A DNA stretch of 64,000 nucleotides from Actinomycetota bacterium (GTDB lineage: Bacteria > Actinomycetota > Actinomycetes > JBDIAW01), in contig JBDIAW010000001.1 in the NCBI GenBank assembly GCA_039812585.1, forward strand, positions 15,547-79,546. Reading direction: 5' to 3'. A program made the position numbers and the translations under genes. How positions within the stretch are numbered: the stretch's first letter is position 1; every line of letters begins with the position of its first letter. Below the pieces are notes generated by a model. It saw only the letters and a program-made list of their open reading frames with translations. It had not been told where the DNA came from and did not search any database. Below are positions 9,284 through 17,463 of this stretch, one piece after another.

Positions 9284-9574
9284 TCAGCGCTGGTCGGGAC
9301 GCAGAAGCTTGGTACGCATCACAGCCTCGTTCAGACCTAATTGGCGGTCCAGCTCAAGCACGACTTCTGGTTGAGCAGTGAGGTTGACGACGGCATAGAT
9401 TCCTTCAGACTTCTTGTTGATGTCGTAGGCCAGCCGACGCCGACCCCACACATCCACCGAGTCCACCGTGCCGCCGCCTTTGCGGACAACATTGAGGAAG
9501 GTATCCAACGACGGGTTCACCGAACGGTCATCCACATCGGGATCAAGGATGATCATTAATTCGTACTGACGCAT
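9284..9574 (-). CDS. rpsF: 30S ribosomal protein S6
   Basis: The internal start '[13 protein letters not shown]' is the canonical S6 N-terminus and is preceded by an AGGAGG Shine-Dalgarno. The tracked ORF extends to 9688 but that upstream part is not S6-like. Confidence 0.9.
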   Translation of the reverse strand: MRQYELMIILDPDVDDRSVNPSLDTFLNVVRKGGGTVDSVDVWGRRRLAYDINKKSEGIYAVVNLTAQPEVVLELDRQLGLNEAVMRTKLLRPDQR

Positions 9575-9885
9575 GAGGATGCGTCCTCCTTCGGACTGAT
9601 GGTCGCAGGTTGATCCAGCGACAGGAGGGACAACGAAGGTGTCGCCACCGTTACCGATACCGACACTAGAGCCCAATCTAGTCGCCACCAGCGCCTCCAG
9701 CGAAATGGTGGATAACTTTCCCCACCCACGTGCTGCTGGGGATAACCGTGAAAGGAAGGGGGAAAGTGTTGTTCCGCAACGGATAATTCGTTCTGCTCTG
9801 CCTCACTCGACCTCCGGGTGGGCAGGAAAACCGTTGCCCTGTGGATACCGCCAACGCCAATGACCAACGGTTAGTGTGTCCATGT

Positions 9886-10779
9886 ATGAGTCTTCTCCGT
9901 ATCGGGGCCCATGGGGAATCCGACGACCCGGTTACCGCAGCAAAAGCCAGGGACGCCAACGCAGCACAGTTTTTCGTGGGTGATCCGCAGGGATGGAAAG
10001 GCCCCCGGCTGGACTACCCCGCCGGGGCGGCGGCGCTCCGTCAAGCAGCTGAAAAAGCCGACGTGGCTCTCATCGTGCACGCGCCCTATGTGATCAATGT
10101 GGCTACCACCAACAACCGCATCCGCATCCCCAGCCGCAAACTGCTCCAGCAGTATGTCAATGCTGCCGCCGAGGTGGGAGCCAAAGGGTTGGTAGTCCAT
10201 GGTGGACATGTGAATAAAGGCGAGGAACCTCGCGAGGGCATCGCCAACTGGGTCAAAGCGCTGCAGCGCACCGACACCCCCATTCCCCTGTTGTTGGAGA
10301 ACACGGCTGGCGGAGACTATGCCATGGCACGCCACTTCGATCGACTGGCCCAACTATGGGAGGCAGCCAGCAACGCAGCGGATCAATCGGGCGCTCAACT
10401 GGGGTTTTGCCTCGACACCTGCCACGCCCACGCGGCGGGAGAAAACCTCTCCGACCTCGTGAACCGACTGATGGCTATCACCGGACGTCTGGACGTGGTC
10501 CATGTCAACGACAGCCGTGACGCGTTCGGCTCCGGGGCCGACCGACACGCCAACCTGGGAACCGGTCACATTGACCCGGCGGCCCTGTTCGCGGTGGTCC
10601 ACCGAGCGGTGGAGGTTGCCAACCCCATCCTCATCGTCGAAACCGCTGCCGCAGGTCAAGCCGCCGATATTGCCTGGCTGCGTAACAGCCTGGCTGCAGG
10701 TGCCCCTCTGCCCCACGCTCAAACCGCCGCCCATCCGTCTGGGGTCGCGACTGGCCAGGGCGTACTTGACCTGGAGTAG
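9886..10779 (+). CDS. nfo: Endonuclease IV (AP endonuclease family 2, TIM barrel)
   Basis: 'MSLLRIGAH...HAPYVINVAT...VVHGGHV' shows the conserved Zn-ligand histidines of Nfo. The start is taken at an internal Met; the tracked ORF begins at 9841. Confidence 0.8.
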   Translation: MSLLRIGAHGESDDPVTAAKARDANAAQFFVGDPQGWKGPRLDYPAGAAALRQAAEKADVALIVHAPYVINVATTNNRIRIPSRKLLQQYVNAAAEVGAKGLVVHGGHVNKGEEPREGIANWVKALQRTDTPIPLLLENTAGGDYAMARHFDRLAQLWEAASNAADQSGAQLGFCLDTCHAHAAGENLSDLVNRLMAITGRLDVVHVNDSRDAFGSGADRHANLGTGHIDPAALFAVVHRAVEVANPILIVETAAAGQAADIAWLRNSLAAGAPLPHAQTAAHPSGVATGQGVLDLE

Positions 10780-10804
10780 CACTGGGCGACACTGCAAGCG
10801 CGGC

Positions 10805-13489
10805 CTATCGCGGCATCAACTGCACCGTCGTGTCGGTGACGGCAACAGCAAACGAGTACGTGGCGTAGGTCGTGCCCTGGGGATAGGGCGTGGGCGCCGA
10901 CGAAGTCGGTGACGAGGTTGCAGTAGTTGTCGACCGTGGGGTAAGGGTGGGCAACACAATGGTCTGCTCATTGGAAGGGCGGTAGTACTGCAGTACCACC
11001 TGACCGGAAACCTGGATGTGGTTCTGGCTATCCAGATCGACCTTGGCCTCCTGTGAGGGCTGGCGGTACACCCACCAGGTGACGGGATCAGTCGGCGCGG
11101 CGCTGTACAGATTCTCGCCCATAAAAGGACAGGCCGGGGGCTTAGCCACTCCACTGGCGGTGCAGCGACCGATATAGGCATCCAGCTCCAGCAGAATCCG
11201 CTGCCGCGTTTGCTCATCGATGCTCACAACGGGATTGACCGTGGCTGAGCGTTGCCCTACCACGACGCTTTCACTGGGGGTCTGCACTCCCGGCCCGCCT
11301 GGATCGGCAGCCTTCACTTCATAACGTCCAGGTAGAGCGTGCAGGGTGCCCGTCTGGGCCTGATCCACCCCGGTGATCTTGTAGGACGTGGAGCCATTAC
11401 CAGTGAGGGAACTCACCAGGCCAGAGACCTTCCACTGTTGGAACACTCCCCAGCGCTTGGCGTTCGCACGAGTCAGAGTCAGGTGCTCCGTTTGGGTTTG
11501 GCCCGCCACCCGGTAGGTGACAGTGGCGCTGCGGTTCTTGTCTTCTCCGTTGAGTTCGGTGACCTCCACATCGGTCAGCGCCGCCTCTCCTTGGTGGGTG
11601 GCCTTCAAGACCTGCTCGTTGAGCAAGGGTCCAGGATCATCCGGCCAATCTGACATCAGGGAGGACAGGGTGCTCACATCGCCATCATTGATGGCGGAAA
11701 AGACCTTCTCTACGGACTTTTCCGGAGAGTAGGCCATGCGGTTGACCAACGCTACGCCGACTACGGCGGCAACCAGCGCAAGCAGTACCGCGCCAACAGC
11801 AATCAAGGTCAGGAGTACCCGCTTGTTCAGCCGTGCCGGTGCAGCCGAGGCAGGAGCCTCCCCTTCGGGTGCCGGCGGAGCCTGGGGGTCCGACGGCACA
11901 CGTGCAGAGGTAGCCAAAGCCTGCTGCCATTGGGGGGATATCCCTTTGCCCGCCAAGGCTCGAGACCACCGGGGGAGCAAGGCGACGAAGACCTCCGTGA
12001 GCCACGTTTGCGCCACCAACAGCAATAACCCCCACAGCAAAGCCATGAGCAGGAGGGAGCCAGGGCTGAGGTAGTACGAATCGGAGAACACCGCCCACCC
12101 ATTGAGGGATTGGTAATAATCCCGGCCGGATGGGCTGGAGTACACCCGGCTGGACTCAATGGCAACCCGAGTGAGGATCCCTATCCCGATCCAGGTCAGC
12201 ATCATGAGCAGCAACAGTTTCCACCAGTCGCCAGGCCATCGACCTCGGGTGCCCTGCCGCAGCCCGGCGCGCACCCCTACCACCACCGTCAGCAGCAGAG
12301 CGATCAGAAGCAATACCAGCATCCACGCCGGGCGATCCCCATGCAGCAAGCCATAGTTAGTCTCGAGATCACGATGATGCACCGAGGGGTTCATGCCTAG
12401 CAGGAATGCCCACGCATAGGCCAGCACTGTGGGGATAGCGATCAATGCGACAGCCAGAGAGGAGAGCTTGTCATCGTCGAGCACCAACCAGCACACCAGC
12501 AGCACCAACAGCCCCGCCACTAAACCGACTGCTAACCACACCACAACTGTGCCCAGCTGGGCACGCCAACTGCGCCAGTGGCGTAACCACCCCGGCTCTG
12601 CTTGGGTGGATGATTCTGCTCCTTGTCTGGTGGTCTTCTCGTGCAGCCACCACCACACCGGCCCCACCATGCCCGCAGCGGTGAGCAGCAGCGAGCCCAC
12701 CAGCAACGTCCACACGAAGGTAGAGAAATGGGACGTAGTGGTCAAACGCACGGTGGTATCGACGCCCAAGCCAAACGTCAACGACTCCTCAGCAGAGGAT
12801 CGCTCGGTCAGTGGCAAGCTCGATAGGGCTGCGGCAATGCACACCACCAGCGCTGCACCGACCCCGGCGATTGCGGCTGCTCCTAAACGGGCCCACACAG
12901 GCAGGGCAGCAGCGGTGGTCTTGGCAGCAAGACGCGCACGCCACCACGCCCACCCAGCTGTGACGCCTAGCAGGATCGCGCTGACCGTGGTGGGCCAAAG
13001 GGTGAGGTGGGCCACATAGCCGTAGTCGTCGTTGCGACCCGCTGGGGCATCGACGTTCAACGCCCCACCCAGCGCTGCACTGACCGTTAAGATCATGGCG
13101 CGGAACCAGTCGACGACCGACCAGCCCATGTCGTCCATCGCCACCCACCAGATCCCCATGATCAGCCCGGAGATCAGGGTGGCAGCAGCCAGACCCAATG
13201 CAACAGGTTGCAGAGCTGCTAACAGCACCGGGCCCACCGGCACCCCGGCCAATACGCTGGGCTTGCGCGGTGCACCCCACGCTGGATCTGGCGCTGCTGG
13301 AGAAGGTGGGGGCGCTGCCCCCGGAGGGGTAGCAGGGGGCGGGAAGGCAGGGGGCTGCTCGGCGGGGCCAGGAGGCGGGGACGCAGGAGCTTGCTCAGCC
13401 GATTCTTCCCCTCCAGCAGTCGCCGCTCCACAGGAGGAACAAAAACGCGCCTGAGCCTCAATCTGTGCACCACACGCTGAGCAGTACAT
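10805..13489 (-). CDS. Large polytopic membrane protein with an N-terminal zinc-ribbon and a C-terminal extracytoplasmic domain
   Basis: The N-terminus 'MYCSACGAQIEAQARFCSSCGAA' has two CxxC pairs, followed by a Pro-rich linker, at least 14 hydrophobic segments and a ~300-aa C-terminal soluble domain. The tracked ORF extends to 13717; the start is taken at the zinc-ribbon Met. Confidence 0.6.
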   Translation of the reverse strand: MYCSACGAQIEAQARFCSSCGAATAGGEESAEQAPASPPPGPAEQPPAFPPPATPPGAAPPPSPAAPDPAWGAPRKPSVLAGVPVGPVLLAALQPVALGLAAATLISGLIMGIWWVAMDDMGWSVVDWFRAMILTVSAALGGALNVDAPAGRNDDYGYVAHLTLWPTTVSAILLGVTAGWAWWRARLAAKTTAAALPVWARLGAAAIAGVGAALVVCIAAALSSLPLTERSSAEESLTFGLGVDTTVRLTTTSHFSTFVWTLLVGSLLLTAAGMVGPVWWWLHEKTTRQGAESSTQAEPGWLRHWRSWRAQLGTVVVWLAVGLVAGLLVLLVCWLVLDDDKLSSLAVALIAIPTVLAYAWAFLLGMNPSVHHRDLETNYGLLHGDRPAWMLVLLLIALLLTVVVGVRAGLRQGTRGRWPGDWWKLLLLMMLTWIGIGILTRVAIESSRVYSSPSGRDYYQSLNGWAVFSDSYYLSPGSLLLMALLWGLLLLVAQTWLTEVFVALLPRWSRALAGKGISPQWQQALATSARVPSDPQAPPAPEGEAPASAAPARLNKRVLLTLIAVGAVLLALVAAVVGVALVNRMAYSPEKSVEKVFSAINDGDVSTLSSLMSDWPDDPGPLLNEQVLKATHQGEAALTDVEVTELNGEDKNRSATVTYRVAGQTQTEHLTLTRANAKRWGVFQQWKVSGLVSSLTGNGSTSYKITGVDQAQTGTLHALPGRYEVKAADPGGPGVQTPSESVVVGQRSATVNPVVSIDEQTRQRILLELDAYIGRCTASGVAKPPACPFMGENLYSAAPTDPVTWWVYRQPSQEAKVDLDSQNHIQVSGQVVLQYYRPSNEQTIVLPTLTPRSTTTATSSPTSSAPTPYPQGTTYATYSFAVAVTDTTVQLMPR

Positions 13490-13663
13490 CAGCACCACCT
13501 TTCGCCGCACTTGACCAACTGGGCCTGAGCATAGCCATTGTTGTTCACCAGGATGTCCACCATGGCAGGAATGCCCCCAAAAACTCTTATCCGACAGGCG
13601 TTTATGCCGATATACAGGGGAGGTCTGCCGACCCCACACCCATGCAGCAGGAGAGGCGGCGAC

Positions 13664-14812
13664 ATGCAGTGGCAGGTGCGGGCGATCAGCACAGACCAGC
13701 ACCTGGGCTATATCCACACCCTGCCCAGCGCCAGTTTTCTGCAGTGCCCCTCCTGGGGGAGGGTAAAAACGGAATGGCAGACCGAAAGCCTAGGCTGGTT
13801 TAGCCCCCCTGACACCACCATGCATGCAGCAGGGTTAGTTCTTTATCGGCCCATCCCCCGACTGGGCAGACATCTGGCCTACCTACCCGAGGGCCCTTTG
13901 ATCGCTTGGGAGCAGCCTGAGCTGATGCAGGCCCAGGTGAAAGCCCTGGTGACCTACCTCAGGCAGCGGCAGGTGTTTGCGGTGAGGCTAGGACCTCCCG
14001 TCATCGCCCGCACCTGGAGTGCTGCGACCATCAAAACCGCACTGGCCAGCGACAGGTTCGCCCTGTTGGATCAGATTCCCGCCGACACCTCCACGGCCAG
14101 CGCTGAACAGGTCAGGCAAGGCCTGCGCGACCTGGGCTGGCATCCCTGCCAAGCAGAAAGCCACGCAGGTTTTCATACCGGCCAGCCCCGCTACGGCTTC
14201 CAACTGCCCCTCGCTGGGCGCAGTGAGCAGGAGTTACTGGCCGGTTTCAGTCAGCAGTGGCGGCGCAACATCACCCGGGCGCAGCGCAGCGAGGTCGAGG
14301 TGGCACGGGTGGGAGCCGACCAGCTCCCAATCTTTCATCATCTCTACCGGCACACCGCCCAGCGAGATCGGTTCACTCCCCGCCCCCTGAGCTACTTCCA
14401 GCGTATGGCCACACACCTGGGTGGGGAGGATTCGCACCGCTGGCAGCTTTACCTGGCCAGCCGTGCGGGACAACCCCTGGCCGCAGCGATCTGCGTGCGG
14501 GTGGGCTTGCACTGGTGGTACTCCTACGGCGCCTCAGATTCCGCCGGCTTCATCTGGCGAGCCAGCAACGCCCTGCAATGGCAGATGATTCGCGAGGCCA
14601 GGCAGGCCGGCGCCGATGTCTACGATTTGCGCGGTATCACCGCGACCCTGGCCGCCACCGACCCACTGCGGGGTTTATTGCAGTTCAAGCTAGGGACCGG
14701 CGGGCAGGCCGTGGAGTACCTCGGGGAGTGGGATTTACCTCTCAACCGGATGCTCTACCAGGGGTTCATCACGCTGATGAAACTGCGGGCTCGACGAAGG
14801 TCCACCCCATGA
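13664..14812 (+). CDS. FemAB/FemX-family peptidoglycan interpeptide-bridge aminoacyltransferase (GNAT fold)
   Basis: The C-terminal 'LRGITATLAATDPLRGLLQFKLGTGGQAVEYLGEWD' is the FemABX signature. The start is taken at the 'MQWQVRAIS' Met, preceded by GAGAGG. Confidence 0.7.
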   Translation: MQWQVRAISTDQHLGYIHTLPSASFLQCPSWGRVKTEWQTESLGWFSPPDTTMHAAGLVLYRPIPRLGRHLAYLPEGPLIAWEQPELMQAQVKALVTYLRQRQVFAVRLGPPVIARTWSAATIKTALASDRFALLDQIPADTSTASAEQVRQGLRDLGWHPCQAESHAGFHTGQPRYGFQLPLAGRSEQELLAGFSQQWRRNITRAQRSEVEVARVGADQLPIFHHLYRHTAQRDRFTPRPLSYFQRMATHLGGEDSHRWQLYLASRAGQPLAAAICVRVGLHWWYSYGASDSAGFIWRASNALQWQMIREARQAGADVYDLRGITATLAATDPLRGLLQFKLGTGGQAVEYLGEWDLPLNRMLYQGFITLMKLRARRRSTP

Positions 14813-15864
14813 GCCTGGACCTCTACGTTGACGCCCCAACATGGCAGGCCGGGATGTCAAACGTCCTCGCCGAGGTACCCAACCTGGTGCCGGTGATCAA
14901 GGGCAATGGGTACGGTTTCGGTCCTCTAGCGCTAGCCCGCCAGGTGCGCCTGTGGGGGGGTAACAGCGTGGCTGTCTACGACAGCGCTGACGCCGCCATG
15001 ATTAGGCCCTGGGTGAACGGGCAAATCATCGTCATGCAACCGTGGTTGGCCCCGCACATCAGTGCAGCCCAGTTGCCGGCCGATCCCGTGGTGCGCACTC
15101 TCAGCCATGTCGATGCCGTGCAGGCTTTGGCCCGCAGAAGTCTGCGTCATCACACCCCAGTCATCGTGGAGGGCCTGACCCGCCTGCAACGCCACGGGAT
15201 CGAGCTGGCGGATCTGCGGGAGTTACGCTCCAGCCTGCACGCCTTGAGCCTGGAGGGTTTCTCCGTTCACCTACCCATGCCGCAGTACTCTGCCCACGGC
15301 AACGAACAGGAGGCCACCGGGCTGCTTGACCAGCTGGCGCAGCAGGGCTACCCCACCGCCCAGGTGTGGCTCAGCCACCTCTCCGGGCCTCAGATGCACC
15401 GGCTGCAACAACGCTTCCCCTCCATGACCCTGCGTGTGCGTGTGGGCACCGGACTCTGGCTGAACCACCCCGGCGCGTACCAACCCCTGGCCAGTGTGTT
15501 GGACGTGCACCACCTGCCCGGCGGCACACCCATGGGCTACCGCCAGCACAGCACCCTGCGAGCACGCACCATCCTCATCGTCAGCGGAGGCACCACCCAC
15601 GGGATTGGGCTAGCTCCTGCCGGCCCCGACCCAGGGGTTGTGCCGCAGGGGGTAGCGCTGCTCAAGGCCCTAAGCAGCTGCCTGCTGGCCCCCTCCCCGT
15701 TCTACATCGGCGGGCATCAGGCCAGTTTCGCCGAACCGGCCCATCTGCACGTCAGTGCCATCGTGTTGCCCCGCAGGGCTAACCCTCCTGCGGTAGGGCA
15801 GCAGATCCCCGTACGGGTCCGCATGACACTGACCCGCTTTGACCAGGTCCACGGGCTGGAGTGA
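14809..15864 (+). CDS. Alanine racemase N-terminal-domain-like PLP enzyme (YhfX/amino-acid racemase-like)
   Basis: 'LVPVIKGNGYGFG' matches the racemase PLP-lysine region (VxKANAYGHG). The ATG overlaps the upstream femAB-like TGA (ATGA), which indicates translational coupling. Confidence 0.55.
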   Translation: MSLDLYVDAPTWQAGMSNVLAEVPNLVPVIKGNGYGFGPLALARQVRLWGGNSVAVYDSADAAMIRPWVNGQIIVMQPWLAPHISAAQLPADPVVRTLSHVDAVQALARRSLRHHTPVIVEGLTRLQRHGIELADLRELRSSLHALSLEGFSVHLPMPQYSAHGNEQEATGLLDQLAQQGYPTAQVWLSHLSGPQMHRLQQRFPSMTLRVRVGTGLWLNHPGAYQPLASVLDVHHLPGGTPMGYRQHSTLRARTILIVSGGTTHGIGLAPAGPDPGVVPQGVALLKALSSCLLAPSPFYIGGHQASFAEPAHLHVSAIVLPRRANPPAVGQQIPVRVRMTLTRFDQVHGLE

Positions 15865-15878
15865 ACTCCCAGGCTGCG

Positions 15879-17423
15879 TTAAACCGGCGCTGCCGCGCGG
15901 GAAGCTGTCGAGGGTGGGATGTTCAACTCCTCCCGCTGCGCCCGATCCGGGGCCTGGTCGAATACCCCTCCGCAGGGATCATCCAGACCAACGCGACGCA
16001 CCGGGTCGGCAGCCGGCACCCACACATCGCGGATCACCACCCCCATCAACCACAGCAATCCGAGCAGATGCAGCCCTATGGCCAGGCTGTAAGCATCTGC
16101 ACCTAGCGCCCGATTAGAGCCATCAGGAGAGACCGTAGCCAGTAAGAACAACCACGTAGCCGCAAAGTAAAGCACCTCTCCCAGTTGCCAAAGCAGCAGG
16201 TCACGCCAGCGAGGCCGGGCCAGCACCGCCAAAGGCACCAGCCACACCACGTGCTGCACGGAGTAGGTCTTGCTCGTGAGCACCAGAACCGCCACCGCCA
16301 GGAAGGCCACCTGAGCCAGGCGGGGCCGGCGAGGAGCCAGCAACACCAGCAGGCCCACCAGGGCGATCCCGGCCACCATCATTCCGGTCGACAGGATGGT
16401 CAACCGCTGCCCATCAGCAACGTCGAGCCAGGGCCATTGCTGCAGATGCGCGGCGTACCACAAGGAGCCCAACCCTGCAGAACCGTCGCGCCACTGGTGG
16501 AAGTATTGCGACCAGCTCACGGGAGACAGCAGCAGTGCGGGGGTGTAGATCACCAGCACAGTTAACGCTGTGGATGCCAGCGTCATCGCTGAGGCAGTCA
16601 ACTGACCGGCCCGCAAACCCAGGATTAATAACGGCACCAGCAGCACCACCGGGTATGGGGTGAAGCAGATCGCCACCCCGAGCAAGATTCCAGAGAGCAC
16701 AGGCTTTTTCCGTGACCACGCCCATAAGCCCAGGGTGGTGGCCATGACCGCCCACAGGTCAAAACTGACCAGGCCAGCCAGGATCACACTGGGCGCTAGG
16801 GCCACCAGACTGGCGTCCCAGCGACGGCGCCCAGATATCCGTGCTACAGCCACCACCACGATGAGCAGGCATCCCAACAGCAGGACCGCGTTAATGGCGA
16901 AGTAAAGCTGCTTGTTCTCGGCCACACTGCGCGTTTTGGGTATGACCCGGGCAGTGGCGTCCTTGAGCAGACTGGTCAACACCGAGGCATCTGCCACCAC
17001 CTGTTGGCCCTGGGCGTCGCGCGTGAAAAACCACCCTGGGCTGGCCACCGCAGCGGCCCCTAGCCAAGGTACATCGCTATAGCATTGGCGCACGTACTGG
17101 TAACGCAGGTCGTCTTTGCTGGCCGTCGAGTCCAAGGTGTTGCCCCATCCCTGCTGATAGCAGGGAGCTTTCACCCCCACCGCTAGCGCACTTCCTACCA
17201 GCCAGAGCAGCACCAGCAAACGTAACGGGGTCCACCAACGTTTCTTCCACCGAGTGCGCTGGCCCAGGGGGCCGCCAATGAGGGGACTAGCACTTCGTGC
17301 CACAGGGTCATCCCAGGTGGGGGCCACCACCCCATTGGGGGCCAAGCGAGCCAGGCGCAGGGTGGCCGGGTCATCACTGTCGATCAAATCGCGCACCGGG
17401 CGCACAGAGGAGCTCACGGTCAT
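15879..17423 (-). CDS. Polytopic membrane glycosyltransferase-like protein (GT87/DUF2029-like)
   Basis: The 514-aa product has a cytoplasmic N-terminus, then ~10 TM helices with a large loop, in the architecture of GT-C family lipid-linked sugar transferases. Confidence 0.45.
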   Translation of the reverse strand: MTVSSSVRPVRDLIDSDDPATLRLARLAPNGVVAPTWDDPVARSASPLIGGPLGQRTRWKKRWWTPLRLLVLLWLVGSALAVGVKAPCYQQGWGNTLDSTASKDDLRYQYVRQCYSDVPWLGAAAVASPGWFFTRDAQGQQVVADASVLTSLLKDATARVIPKTRSVAENKQLYFAINAVLLLGCLLIVVVAVARISGRRRWDASLVALAPSVILAGLVSFDLWAVMATTLGLWAWSRKKPVLSGILLGVAICFTPYPVVLLVPLLILGLRAGQLTASAMTLASTALTVLVIYTPALLLSPVSWSQYFHQWRDGSAGLGSLWYAAHLQQWPWLDVADGQRLTILSTGMMVAGIALVGLLVLLAPRRPRLAQVAFLAVAVLVLTSKTYSVQHVVWLVPLAVLARPRWRDLLLWQLGEVLYFAATWLFLLATVSPDGSNRALGADAYSLAIGLHLLGLLWLMGVVIRDVWVPAADPVRRVGLDDPCGGVFDQAPDRAQREELNIPPSTASRAAAPV

Positions 17424-17463
17424 GAGGGAAGGCTAGCTGGTCACTCCCACCATTCCTCTTCTG

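Noticed and set aside
11685-13280. Multiple 100-160-aa ORFs in both strands inside the 10805-13489 membrane-protein gene
   Set aside because: They are frame-shadow ORFs of a long high-GC gene (Arg/Pro/Gly-rich translations with no hydrophobic periodicity).
14257-14808. 5' 184 codons of the tracked 535-aa ORF 14257..15864
   Set aside because: This part overlaps the femAB-like gene out of frame and translates to Arg/Pro/Gly-rich nonsense. The racemase-like protein begins at the ATGA-coupled ATG at 14809.
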